Part shown: one piece after another, positions 1 to 12,318 of the stretch
How the letters are laid out: every line of letters begins with the position of its first letter
Numbering within the stretch: the first letter of the stretch is position 1
Assembly: GCA_039621445.1 (NCBI GenBank)
Contig: CP154954.1
Location: 5,987,693 to 6,051,692, forward strand
Reading direction: 5' to 3'
Source: Euglena gracilis
Taxonomy: Eukaryota
DNA: 64,000 nt
Position numbers and translations under genes: made by a program
The notes under the pieces: generated by a model
What the model was told of the DNA's origin: nothing
The model's input: the letters and a program-made list of their open reading frames with translations, nothing else
Database searches by the model: none

Positions 1-223
1 GGGCCGCCTATCCAACTAGAAGGCATTTGGGCGGAATAATCAGCAACGTCTCACAAAATCAACCTTCGGGTTTGCTGAAACATTGAATTTCTCAAGACAT
101 ACGTCACAAAAATGCACGAGAAATAAAATACATATTAATGTATTAGAAATATATATGTTAACATACATATAGAATACGTATATATATATGTATGTATGTA
201 TGTATGTATATATATATTATTTT

Positions 224-3200
224 CCAGGAGCACGGCCTTGAACAAGATCGTCAAGCACTGGGGGGAGGCACGCCCCACATTCTGGACTCTATATGCGTGG
301 CCCAGCAGCGGCGCACCTTCGGGCGGCCGCATCCGCCGGAAGTCCTCCCACAGGACCACCCTGCCGTGGGCGAAGTACTCCCCGAGCCGCTGGAGGTCGT
401 AGATGCGGGACGCCGGCAGCAGGTACCGCCCCAGCAGTGTGTCTGCCTCGCGGCGCGGCGGGAACTGACCCCCGAACAGACACGCCGATGTTCCAGGAAT
501 GCGGAACTGACCCGGGGGGCTTGTCAACAACATGGTGTGCCTGGGGGGGGGGGTGGATGTTCACGGGAGGTTGGGTGGCCGTTGGTTGGGCCGCGGCCGA
601 CCGCGGTCGGCCGCGGCCCAACCAAAAACACAAAAATGGTTGGGCCGCGGTCGACCGCGGCCCAACCTCCCATGACTGTCCAAGCAGCACTTTCAGGGTG
701 ACCGACTGACTGGGAGACCATACTAAAACGGAGGAACCCTAAAACCTAACCCTAACCCTAACCCTAACCCTAACCCTAACCCTGACCCTAACCCTAACCC
801 TAACCCTAACCCTAACCCTAACCCTAACCCTAACCCTATCCCTAACCCTAACCCTAAAACCTAACCCTAACCCTAACCCTAACCCTAACCCTAACCCTAA
901 CCCTAACCCTAACCCTAACCCTAACCCTATTCAAATATGAAAGAAAATGACTCAAAACGCGAACTTAGTCGGCCCACGGCCTCCTCCGGGGGGGGGGGGG
1001 CTGCCGCCTCCCCTGGACCCCCCCCCCAAAATAACAAAATCCCCTTGTGTTTGCAAGGCAAAGATGGCCGAGTCGCGCTTCGTAATGAATGTAGTCTTGT
1101 GTGTGCAAGGCAAGGATGGCCGAGTCGCGCTCCCAGGCTATTGTAAATGCTATGGTTTCATAGAACAGGCCCAAAGAAAAGATATTACCCGAAAGGTGAA
1201 AGGTTTCCTCCAGATTATTTCGTCTCTGAAGAAAAACGCAGAGGGACTCACTTTTAAGTGAATGTTTTCATTTTACTTTTTACAAATACACCATGGTTTT
1301 GATATTATGTGGAGCCAATTACCAACTGCCACGGAGAACGTCATCACACTGCACTCTCAGAATAGCAGAGGACGGAGGGAACGGAGTCTGGAAGAGTGGC
1401 TTGCAGAACAGTGCTGGGACAGTCATGGGAGGTTGGGCCGCGTTCGGCCGCGGCCGGCCGCGGCCCAACCAGAAAAATCATTTTGGTTGGGCCGCGGTCG
1501 GCCGCGGCCGACCGCGGCCCAACCAAAAAAGGCTTCTGGTTGGGCCGCGGCCGGCCGCGGTCCAACCAAAAAAAAAAATGGTTGGGCCGCGGCCGGCCGC
1601 GGCCCAACCAAAGGAAGCTAAATTTGGCCGTGGTTGGGCCGCGGCCGGCCGCGGCCCAACCAAAATCTTGTTTTGGTTGGGCGACGGTCGGCCGCGGCCG
1701 GCCGCGGCACCTACCTCCCGGCCACCCAACCTCCCGTGACATCCCACCCCCTGGGGGGGGGGGGTAGGTAGGCGGAATATCACACAGCTCAGTGGCATTG
1801 GTTTTCGTCACCTCAGACCTCTTGCTGTTATGGACAGAACCTTTTTTGCTCCTACAGGCAGAATCCGGTTTGCAAACATTTCATTCAGGGGGCTTATTCC
1901 AATAACTATCTGCTTGAATGGACTTGATTTCTTTGCAGCAGAGGGGGAGATTAACATCGGAAGCCTTCAAGCGAAAAATTGCGGAAATTGCGGGTTTGGG
2001 ATTTGGTACATCTCTGCTGAGGGGACTTGAAAACTTCCACAATTTGGTCATTTTGCAACAGATCATATATGAAAGTTTTGAGCCACTATTCACCTTTTTT
2101 CCCACAAAAAGGTCCAAAAACATGATTTTTGTGATTTTGGGAGCATGCTGATTCTGGAAATAAGGAATTTCTGGGGGAAAAATACAAATCCAAAATTGCA
2201 AACAATTCAAGAAAAAATTGGTATTGATTAAAATCTGGTCAGGATGCGAAACTTTTCTACGTAGAAATTATTTCCCAGAGGAAATTGGGAAAAAACCTGA
2301 AAAAGGCCCAGAAATTTTACAAATTTTGTCAAATTTTGTAAAACTTGGCAAATTTTGGCAAACTCGTAACACAATAGCAAAAAAAGGCACCTGGGTTCCT
2401 CTGTGAAACGTTCAAGGAATGGCCAGAACTCATCTCGCCTTCCATCTCAGGTTCAAGCGGAAAACTTGTAGAAAGGGAAAAATTGCAAAAAAATCGCGGA
2501 AAAATTGCGGAAAGTTGCAGAAAACTGCGGGAAAAATGCGAACATCAATCCCCCCCGTTTAAAACCCATTCAGATGGAAATGCTGTCCCGGGCTTTAGGA
2601 ATGCAAACACTTTCTTGGTTGCCCAGCCCCACAAGATGCCTTGTCCACAACTCCTGCGGAAGACCTTCTTCACGGGTGAACCACCCTTTGCATCCGCATC
2701 CATATCTGTAACAAGCTTGACTGAAAACCTGCAAATTGGTTCACAAAAAGCAACTTGCCTTCATTGTGATGTTGAAAATTGACTTAGGTTTGGCGAACAA
2801 AAAAATTACGGTTGTTCTGGAACATTCCACATTCCTTGCCGTGTTTCCATTCCATTCCTTGGCATTCCTCCCGGTTGGTGAACATGGAAACAGCGCACGG
2901 CAGCAGAGACGGGGGTTTGGCCGTCGCCTGCCGAAGCCCCAACCGCCAACCCGGAGCGGGCGAAGCAGCGCCCCGGCCTTCCGTGTTGGAGTAGCGCCGG
3001 CTTTGGATGCGTGCCTCGATCTTGACGTTGTCGTGCGGCGTCACGATGAAGAGCGGCTCCACTAACACGTACCTTGGCCCCAGGGCCTGGGGGGCGTCGG
3101 CGGGTGCAGGCGAGCCTCAAAGAACTTGACTTGACTTGACTTGACTTGGCTTGAACTTGACTTGAACTTGACTTGAACTTGCCTTGAAGTTGACTTGAAC

Positions 3201-5978
3201 TTGACTTGACATTGACCTTCCCATCGATGCTGTGCGCTTAATTCCATGGCCATCTGGATCCATTGGAATCTGTCAATTCACCAAAGGTGAATTTGCCTGC
3301 GACTCTCATCCCCCCCAATGGTTCTAGGGAAACAGGGTTGCGCCTCGCAGCAAACATGCGACAAAACGAGAGAATCAGAGGAAAGAGGGGTAAATTCTGT
3401 ATACGTACCCCTCCCCCCCGGGAGTTGCATCCGTCAAATTGGCGAGCACAGAAAGGGGGGCGGGGGCCAGCTTTCGGAGAGGGGGGGGGGGTAGGTCCGA
3501 GGACCGGCACACCTTGACGACGTGGATGGTCTCCATCACCGCCAGCCGCTGCTGGGAGAACTGCTCCCCCAGGAAGCCCTTGAACACCATGACGTGCTGC
3601 ACGTACCGACAGCCGTCCGCGTGGGGGCAGCGCCAATGCCCCGCTGCCGGGGTCGGGCGGGGGCATGGCGGGCTGTGGCCGGAACGTACTGCCATCCCCG
3701 GATGGGGGTGGCAATTAAACCCTCAAAAAAAAAGCATGGATACAAAGCAACATGGACACAAAATGGACACAACGTGGACACAACACGGGCACAACATGGA
3801 CACAACATGGACACCACATGCACACAACATGGAAGCAACATGGGCACAACATGGACACAACATGGACACAAGGTGGCACAACATGGAAACAACGTGGACA
3901 CAACATGGACCCTCAAAAACGTGATGCAAGTCACGCATACAAAACTCAAACAACGCAAAACTCAAAAAAAACAACAACCTCAAAGCACACACAAAAAAGG
4001 CGTTTGAAATTGTACAAAATCATATTAGTTTTGTTTTTCTTAACCCCAAGGTGACACATATCTGACGAAAAGCCTGCTCTCTCCCCAACAGGCGGCAGCC
4101 ATCCATGGCTGTGGGTGGTACTGCAAGGCCGCCGCCACGCCGCTGAGATTGGCCGGCGCGGCCGGCGCGGGGTTGGGCGCCGGCAGGCCCCCCGGGCCCG
4201 GGGCTGGGGTGGGGGGGGGGGCTTCGGGCGGGGGCGGGGGCGGCCGGGCCGCGGCGCGGAGGAGGGCGTCGACGTCGTCGCGGGCCCGGACCAGGGCGGC
4301 CACCTGCGCCTGGGCGAGCCGCAGCCGGTCCGCCGCGGAGGGGCCGGCGGCAGGCGAGCCAGTGGGGCGTGTCGAAATTTGAAAGTCGAGTTCGGTAATA
4401 AAAAAAAAAAAAATAAAACAATAAATATGAATGAACAGAATAAAAAAAAATATAATAAAATAATGATAATAATAAAATATGACAATGATCATGAAACATC
4501 AAAAAAAAATCAAAAAAAATAATAAAATAAAATATAAAAAAATATAGATTAAAATAGAAAAAACGAACAATAAAATAATACAACAATACAACAAATAATA
4601 ATCATATGACAAAAATAAAAAATTGGTTTGTTTGGTATTGGCGCTGGATCTGCTTTTGAAAACATAACTCCTTCATTCCACGGAATTCAAGGCAAGATGG
4701 TCTTCGACATCTGCATCCTGGTCACCCAACAACAGAGCAGGAAACTGTAAACACCAATTTTTGTTCAAACACTGATTAAAAGAAGCAAAAAAAAACATGG
4801 TTTATAAGATGTGCAAATTCTTCTCATGAAGCACAAATTCTTAGAAGAATAATGTTGTTGTTGTCATTCTTTTCATCATAATTGTTTCTCATTCTCATTC
4901 TTCATTCTTATCATTCTGATTCTTATATTATTGTCATTCTTCGCAATTACATGTGGAAACTGGAAACACCTGGTTTAATTCCACAGCGGGTGCTAAGACT
5001 TGGGGCTTGGAGACGGTGTCCATGAAATGCCGACAGGTGCAGTGCCTTGTAAAATGACCGTCACTTAAAACCAATCAATGAAATGTAATGCTCACACATC
5101 ACACATACATAACGTAAATACACACATGCATGCATGCATGCATGCATACATACATACACACACATACATACATACATACATACATACATACATACATACA
5201 TACATACATACATACATACATACATACATACATACATACATACATACATACATACATACATACATACATACATACATACATACATACATACATACATACA
5301 TACATACATACATACATACATACATACATACATACATACATACATACATACACACACACATGCATGCATACATACATACACACACACACACACATACATA
5401 CATACATACATACATACATCCATACATACATACATACATACATACATACATACATACATACATACATACATACATACATACATACATACATACATACATA
5501 CATGCATACATACATACATACATACATGCATACATACATGCATGCATGCATACATGCATGCATACACACACACAGACATACGTACGTACGTGTGCATGTC
5601 TGTATGCATGGATGTACCTCTACCCTGCCTCGCGAAATTATCACCTAAATCCCGTATTCGCTGATCTGTCACCATAAAGACCTGTCAACTACTTCTGTGC
5701 CCGCTACCCTAACAATATTTCTCAAAATTTCGATGTTTCTCACCAAAAATGCATTTTTTTTTGAATGTGAAAAAAGAGGGAACCTCATTTTTAGAATTTG
5801 AATATAAATCACAACCAAATAAAAAACCACACCACCACCACCGCCACCAACACCACCATCCAAAATTCTTGTAGATACTGCTGCGTGAGCCACAGGGCTC
5901 TGGGGGCAGGCCCCAGCCGCACACCACGCCCAGCAGCATGATGAGGGCCAGGCCCCGGAACCGCAGGGCCCCCTGCAT
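224..5978 (-). CDS. Multi-exon GDP-fucose protein O-fucosyltransferase-like (POFUT-like) glycosyltransferase, 3' part off the window edge
   Basis: Approximate exons: ~5887-5978 (MQGALRFRGLALIMLLGVVCGWG, signal/anchor-like), ~4080-4356 (Pro/Ala-rich stem), ~3508-3688 (HVMVFKGFLGEQFSQQRLAVMETIHVVKV), ~2980-3101 (RYVLVEPLFIVTPH), ~224-465 (PASRIYDLQRLGEYFAHGRVVLWEDF). Motifs resemble the POFUT N-terminal GEGFNxxR...VLVxP and FFDLxxL...VIExEEF segments (recalled, not searched). Confidence 0.6.
541..690 (+). mobile_element. MITE-like palindromic element, copy 1 (ends TCACGGGAGGTTGGG / CCCAACCTCCCATGA)
   Basis: Inverted termini with internal GGCCGCGGCC...CAACCAAAA...GGTTGG units; inverted longer copy at ~1410-1750. 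Confidence 0.65.
736..929 (+). repeat. Interstitial telomeric repeat array (CCCTAA)n, about 32 units
   Basis: Tandem CCCTAA with rare CCCTGA, CCCTAT and CCCTAAAA variants; non-telomeric sequence on both sides. Confidence 0.97.
1410..1750 (-). mobile_element. MITE-like palindromic element, copy 2 (expanded internal minisatellite)
   Basis: GGGACAGTCATGGGAGGTTGGG ... CCCAACCTCCCGTGACATCCC with about 6 GGCCGCGGCCGGCCGCGGCC units. Confidence 0.65.
3123..3216. repeat. (CTTGA/ACTTGA)n microsatellite
   Basis: Tandem CTTGA and ACTTGA units. Confidence 0.85.
3735..3910. repeat. 11-bp minisatellite (ACAACATGGAC)n
   Basis: About 15 degenerate tandem copies inside an intron. Confidence 0.9.
5125..5575. 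repeat. (TACA)n/(TGCA)n microsatellite
   Basis: About 450 bp tandem array. Confidence 0.98.
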
Positions 5979-5992
5979 GGGGTGCGGCGCGG

Positions 5993-6028
5993 CTGCGGGA
6001 ACAGAAATGGCACACGGGAGGGAGGGGG
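5993..6028 (-). promoter_or_regulatory. Probable splice (likely SL trans-splice) acceptor of the O-FucT-like gene
   Basis: Minus strand pyrimidine tract ending TTCTGTTCCCGCAG 14 nt before the ATG. Confidence 0.45.
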
Positions 6029-6092
6029 GCGGGTCCGGCGTGAAGCTTCATGTGTGAAACAGGCGTGAGTTTATTCCGGTACCCCCCCCCCC

Positions 6093-6825
6093 CAGGGCTG
6101 GGGGAGTTAGCCAGCCCAAAGTTTCCAGCCTCTGAGCTGGACCTGGGGGGGGATTAACCCTCCCATTTGAGTGCACGTTTTTTTGACCGCATTTTCGGGT
6201 CCTCAGGGGGGCGAAACTATTAGCCACTGCCTGAAATCAGTTCAGTGCGAACTGATTTTATTGCGGTGGGGGCGTTTTCGGGCTTCGTTTTTCGGGTGCT
6301 CACAGGTCTGACAAGACACCATTTGGGCACCGCGCATTGAAATGGGGAGGGCAGGGCTGTATTGGAATCCCAACCCTGTGCGCCTCGTGGGCGGGGTCGA
6401 CCCCCTCCCCACCGGGGGTGGGTCGACCCTCTCCACCCACCACACCACCCGCACAAATCCTTTCGGCGGTGAAGATTTTGACCCAAAAATCGGTGCTCGT
6501 GGAAATACGGGAAAGCCTGGAGGGGGAGGTTAGACCTTCCCCACCCACCACCCATAGGGTTGTGCCTCCCCATTTCAATGCGCGGTGCCCAAATGGTGTC
6601 GTGTCACACCTGTGAGCACCCGAAAAACGAAGCCCGAAAACGCCCCCACCGCAATAAAATCAGTTCACACTGAACTGATTTCAGGCAGTGGCTAATAATT
6701 TCGCCCCCCCTGAGGACCCGAAAATGCGGTCAAAAAAACGTGCACTCAAATGGGAGGGTTAATCCCCCCCCCAGGTCCAGCTCAGAGGCTGGAAACTTTG
6801 GGCTGGCTAACTCCCCCCTCCCCTG
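6093..6825. mobile_element. Foldback element with ~250-bp near-perfect inverted arms, CAG...CTG termini
   Basis: Arms ~6100-6350 and ~6565-6815 are reverse complements with few mismatches; ~210 bp spacer; no TSD seen. Confidence 0.8.
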
Positions 6826-7945
6826 AACAATTCCACACTTAACTAACTTAACAATTCCGTTCACACTTAACTAACACACTTAACCATTCCGCTGAACAAT
6901 ACCACACTCAAGTGCGGGCACCGTGGGGGGATGTGTGGGGAGGGTGTGGGACATACCAGGATGAATTGACAACAACATATTTTTTTCTTTTAGGTTGGAT
7001 AGGGACCTGGGGAGGGAAGCACGTATTCTGGGCTGCCAATCACATACACGAAACATCATGGGCGGTGGACTGTTGCCTAGCCACGCCACGGTGGCTGGAG
7101 CTTGGGGGTGGGGGGTGTGCGGGGGGGGGGGTTGGGTGTGTGCGGCGGTGTGTGGGTGTGGGTGTGTGTGGCGTGTGTGTAGGCGTGTGGGGAGAATTGT
7201 GTGCGTGCACGTGCGACCCTTGGGGATTACATTCGACCGGTTGCAGAGTAAAAGGGAACCCGAGGGGGGGCGAGGCCGAAGGTTGAATAAATCAAAAAAT
7301 GACACCAAAATTCTTTATTAACACACACAATTCACACACAATGCTAAATTTCTCAATCCTGAAAATGGACCAAAAAAGGGTGGCTGCAAAATTCTGGCTT
7401 TCACACAGGCTCCATAGAAACTGCAGTTTCATCTTAAGACCATCAGGTGGGTCGAAAATAAAATCTTGAACTTTGCATTTGGTGAGAAGAGCTGGGGGTT
7501 GGAAGGAATAGCCCCCCACCCAAATAACCCCCAATTTAATGTTTGGACACCCAGTCGAGGTCTGGGGGTCGGGGGGTTTTTATAATTTGGGTGGTGTTCA
7601 TAATTTCAACAAAAAATTCAAAGTCAAAAATGGCTGGAAAAATCTCCATCAGGCAAACCAGCCCCCCTTTTGGCAATTCTGGTTGTTTTTTTTTGCACAA
7701 TGAATGATCTTTTGAAACATTTTCTGACCAAATATCATCGATTTTCGTGATTTTGGCAATATTTTTTTTTGTGATTTTATCTCCTTCTGCCCTGGGACTT
7801 TACCGCAATACTGAGGGGGGGGTGTCGTGGGATATGTAATTTGGGGCCAATTATTTGGGTTTGATATACTCCTTGTGGACTCAACTTAACTTGACTTAGC
7901 TCACCAGGTTTTTTTTGCACAGAAATTGAGGAGTAAACAACCTAT

Positions 7946-8319
7946 TAAGGCGTCGCTTAGTGAGCCTCCCGGGGGGTCAAGCTCAGAGGGTGGAAAATTT
8001 GGGCCGGCTGGAAAAAGGCTGCTGGCTGACTGCCCCCCCCCCCCCCTCCCATAGGGGTCCCCCAGCTGGAGCTGGGCCCGACTTGGGGTCGAACCGGGTA
8101 CCAAAAAAATCAAACCCCCAAAATTTCCAACCGACTTTGGCCCATTTTTTGCACCCCCGAAAAAACAAAAATCCATTACCATTCTGTCGAAGAGCGGCTG
8201 GAAAATTATCAAAACTCGTCAATGGGGGGGGGAGGGGGGTCCGGGGCCGGAAAAAGGCAGCTGGCTGGCTGGACCCCCCCCCCAGGGATGGGGTCCACTT
8301 CAAACTAAGCGACGCCCTG
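7946..8319. mobile_element. hAT-like MITE with 8-bp TSD
   Basis: TIR TAAGGCGTCGCTTAGT / ACTAAGCGACGCCCTG; flanks CAACCTAT (7938-7945) and CACCCTAT (8320-8327), 7/8. Confidence 0.8.
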
Positions 8320-11300
8320 CACCCTATTCGATCCTCAGGGAATTCAGCCAACGATGCCACTGCACCCAACCATTATTAATGCACCGGCACGAGGCATTCA
8401 TTTGTTTGTCAAAGATGATCGGACAGGATTTGACCGGCGTTGGCAACAAGGTACAACCCAGCGAGTAAACGGTTTTGCGGCGACATCCCAAAGGTGGCTT
8501 CTGGTCGCCTGCGCTCCCCTCGTCCAGGATGGCCGCCATCCCCGTACAACCCATACTCACGCCTCACGCGGCGGTCCCTCCAGAGCCCATTGCCCATCCG
8601 CCTGACTGCCGACTACAACTGCACGATCGCCTCCAGGGCGGGTCCGGCCCAATGGGTCAAGACTGTTGAGGTAGCCCCGTCGGCAATGCAAGCGGTGGGG
8701 GTCAATCAAAATAATCAGAGCCTCTGGCGGGCGCACTCTTGGGGGGAGGGACCCAGGTTGCTGCCATTGATATGACCCAAATCTTTTGGGGGGCAGAAGT
8801 CACTCTGAAAACCAAAACCTCACAATAAAGCCGAGCCTTCAGTGACAAGCCGAAGCATTTGTCATCCGGAGTGCCACTCTGTGGGAGGAGGACAAGCCAA
8901 CTAGATCCCATCCCACCAAAACACTTTTCCTTGGGGGGGAAAGCCCCCCAGCCCCCCCCCCCGATCTTCAAAGACACCTCCCCTGGTACACTTGGGACAG
9001 TTCAATTTTTTGGATGGTTTTGATAATTTGGCTGATGAGTAAAATGGCGAAGGAGTAAAATCCCCACTGCACTGGGAAGCTGCCACGTACATAGGCATAT
9101 CCCAGAAAAAAGTGTGTCACAATATCGTGTCCACCCGTTTCATGTAGAATTTGTTTAGAACTGAAGCGGCCCACAATCAGGCTGCAAGAACCCCCCCCCC
9201 AAAGATCACCAAAACAAAAAAATCCGACGCTCACAGGTCGGCTGATACCAGGGACCAAGCGCCTATGGTCAATCCCAGTTTTGGACCTGTGGACGGCTGG
9301 GGACGGCTGTGGACAGCCGGGGACGGATGTTGACGGCCATAGATCTTCCAAGACGATCAAAGGTCATTTCGTGGGGTCACATCATTCGTCTGCTATTTTC
9401 AAAATTTATTTGTTCACCTCAAAATACCCCACAGTGCCATTTGCTTCACAACGGTGATGATAGATGCATTTACCAGAGCAAGCACCTCTGGTGCTTCCCA
9501 CTGTTCTGGTTGACCTGGTCGTCGTAAATAATGAAGGTAGTAGTAGTAAATAATCAGCGGTAGTGTAGGTGGGGAGATTGCCAGTAAAAAAAAAACAATC
9601 AAGTGTCACAACCAAATAACGTACTTGAAATTTCCCCAGGGTTATTTTTTGCCCATTTGACAATTTTAACCCCCTTTTGGCCATTTCTTAAGGGATGGGG
9701 TGGAGTGGGGGGTCGACCCCCCCCCCACCATCCAAAGGGCTGCCGGGATTCCCGTTCAGCGCTGGGGGACCCGCCCTGTACAGTGTGGCCTCGTCCAAAG
9801 AATAGGCCCGGTCGCGGCGGATTGGCCGGCCCTTCGCGTCCCGCTTGACGGGCGGCCACCCGGGGCTGGGCCCCGCCTGCCCGTACTGTGGTGGTCTCGG
9901 TGGGGCCAGGGCCAGACCGGTGCTGACCTCGTCCTTCATCCCTGACCACTTTCATTCCTGCCTCCCCTTTGTCGCCTGACAGCTTGGCAGTCCCGGGGAC
10001 CCTGAACGTTTCCCAGGCGGGAATTTGACGGAATCTCAGGGGAAACGGATTTTTTTGGGGGGATTGTCAATCCGGAAACATGCATTTTCATTTCGGAAAT
10101 GCATTTTTCAACATGCACTTCCACAGTGCAAAAAAAAAATGCAAAAGAAATATGAACCATCAATGGGAAAATACTTTTCTCTGCACCTAGAACTGAGTGG
10201 GCAAATCTGTCTCAGCAGTGGTATGGTCCAGAAATAGGGAGGGGGAGGCTCGATGGGAGGGGGAAATGCAGCTGGCGTCAGCTGTGGGGCCCACGTTGGA
10301 AACAGGGCGGTGCGATGGCGGCAACGGAGCAAAACTGTCTGTGGTCTTGAATCCCCTGGGCGAGGAAGGGATGGGCGGCGCACACCGGGGGGGGCTAACC
10401 CCCCATTGGCAGCACCCCCTGGTGTTCGGAAAATTAAGTGTGGTGGTTGACCTCAAAGAGCTCTGAATCGTGGCCATTGCAAAACCAACACAATTGCCGC
10501 GATTTTCTTGCTGCCCCCAGAAGAGAACATTTATATATATATATGTTATACATATAAATATACATTAAACATGATGAATATGGTAATGTATTATACATTA
10601 TGTAATGTACATATAATCTTGTTGTTTATATGCTGCTCATCACATATGCCATACATAACACTATAACATATGTGATTTTTATGTTGTATGTTATTTGTGA
10701 TATGTGTATGTTTTAGTGTTATATATAATAATACACATAATAATATAACATCACCTTAAAAATGGCAGGTGGATTGTATCTCGGCAGAGGAAAAAAAGAA
10801 CACAGACCCCCCCAAAAAAACGAGACGCAAAAAACACAAAACACTCAAAAAAGACAAAAAACACATATTGCATATAAAACCTTTAGGAGCTCCACTGGGG
10901 ATGAACACTTTCTGCTGGAGAGAACTGGGAAAGTTTTGGCTCCGCCAGAAAATTTTTCTCATTTTGCATAAAAATACGCATTTCGTTGACCAAAACATGC
11001 AAAAAATGACACAAGGAGGACACTGAGCGTTGTGTGTGCGAAAGAACTCTCAGGCCGGTTGGGCCTGACCCTAACCCAACATCCTTCACTAATTTCCTGG
11101 CTTGGGTACGACGACCAAACCTGAACCACACCAAACGATGAAGATAACTGAAAACGATGAACTGAAAATGAGGCAGAGCATGGGATCACCAGCGCATACT
11201 CACATGTTCTGAGGTGGGAAAGGCGAGGATCAGCACATACCAGAACGGGACGACAAAGACGACAAAGCAGATTTCTCAAGCCGGAGGGGATCGCGGAAGG

Positions 11301-11331
11301 GTGAACCGCACATCCAGGGCTGGCCAGCCCC

Positions 11332-11448
11332 GGGGGGGGGATTGATATCGGAGACCTTCGGAATAATTGCGGAAAAATTGGGGTAAAATTGCGGAAATTG
11401 CGGAAAAATTGTGGGAATTGCGGAAAATTCCGCATCAATTCCCCCCTG
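11332..11448. mobile_element. Small MITE with (TTGCGGAAAA)n interior
   Basis: G-run+ATTGAT / ATCAAT+C-run+TG ends; flanks CCAGCCCC and CCAGCCAC (7/8). Related interiors at ~2480-2555 and ~12830-12990. Confidence 0.55.
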
Positions 11449-12318
11449 CCAGCCACACAAGCCAAACACCCTGGGGGACAACCCGTGACCCGGCCACGAA
11501 ACAGCGAGCTGGAGCTCGGGGACGTAGCTGTGGCCGTGGCCGAAGGCACTCGGAGGCAGAAAAGGAATTGCGCTGCAGGCGATTCGTGTGTGAGACGAAC
11601 GCTGCCATTCAGCTTCGTGTGCACTTCTGGAACACTTCCAAATCCTTCTCGCGGAAAGCAAAAAGGCGATGACCCCAGGGGCATCGGCCAACACAACCAT
11701 AATGTGAAACTGTTGAATTGCATATGCACAAGCTTTTGTGTCATATAAGGGTAGGTGGGACCATGTCCGGTCCGGGGGGGGGTGTGGGGCGGGACACCCA
11801 CCCATCTAAACTAAACAGTGGGCGAGATTTCAGGTCCGGTGCGAAGCGATGAGCCGGAAAAAACATTCGGCCTCCCAAAATCGATGGAAAAAGGTGCCAT
11901 TTTGGGCGAAAATATGTGTCAAAAATGCAAAAATTTTGGGTAAGAAGCGCCGCAAGAAAACATTTGACCTTTTTTGGGGGGTCTGGGACTCTGGGACACC
12001 CCCCTCCCCAGAATTTGTCCAGACCCCCTTCTGGTCTGGGAGGGGGTTGGGTTGCTGAGATTTGGGGTTGCTGACAGCGAAGGGGGTGGCTCATATTAGG
12101 AGGGGGTTTTAAAGCTCGGAGGACCAAAGCTAAAACCAAAACGCCAATAACCAACCGCCAAAAAATGGGCTCAAGGTCGCCAGTTTGGTAATCCCCCAAA
12201 TGAGCACTCAAATCCACATTTTGGGTACTTGAAGGAAATCCCAACGTGGTCTTATTTTTTGGGGGGGGTTTCGCCGAAAAAGCATTCCCACAGGAGGGTC
12301 CAACAATTGGTTCAAAAT

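Noticed and set aside
736-929. True chromosome end
   Set aside because: 735 bp containing a matching exon of the same gene lies to the left; treated as interstitial pending read evidence.
1430-1710. Repeat-spacer pattern resembling a CRISPR array
   Set aside because: The spacers are short A/T hairpin loops, the array is bounded by inverted termini, no cas genes are present, and the context is eukaryotic.
5061-5677. Long ORFs in all six frames (YIHT/MYVC repeats)
   Set aside because: Translation of the (TACA)n microsatellite.
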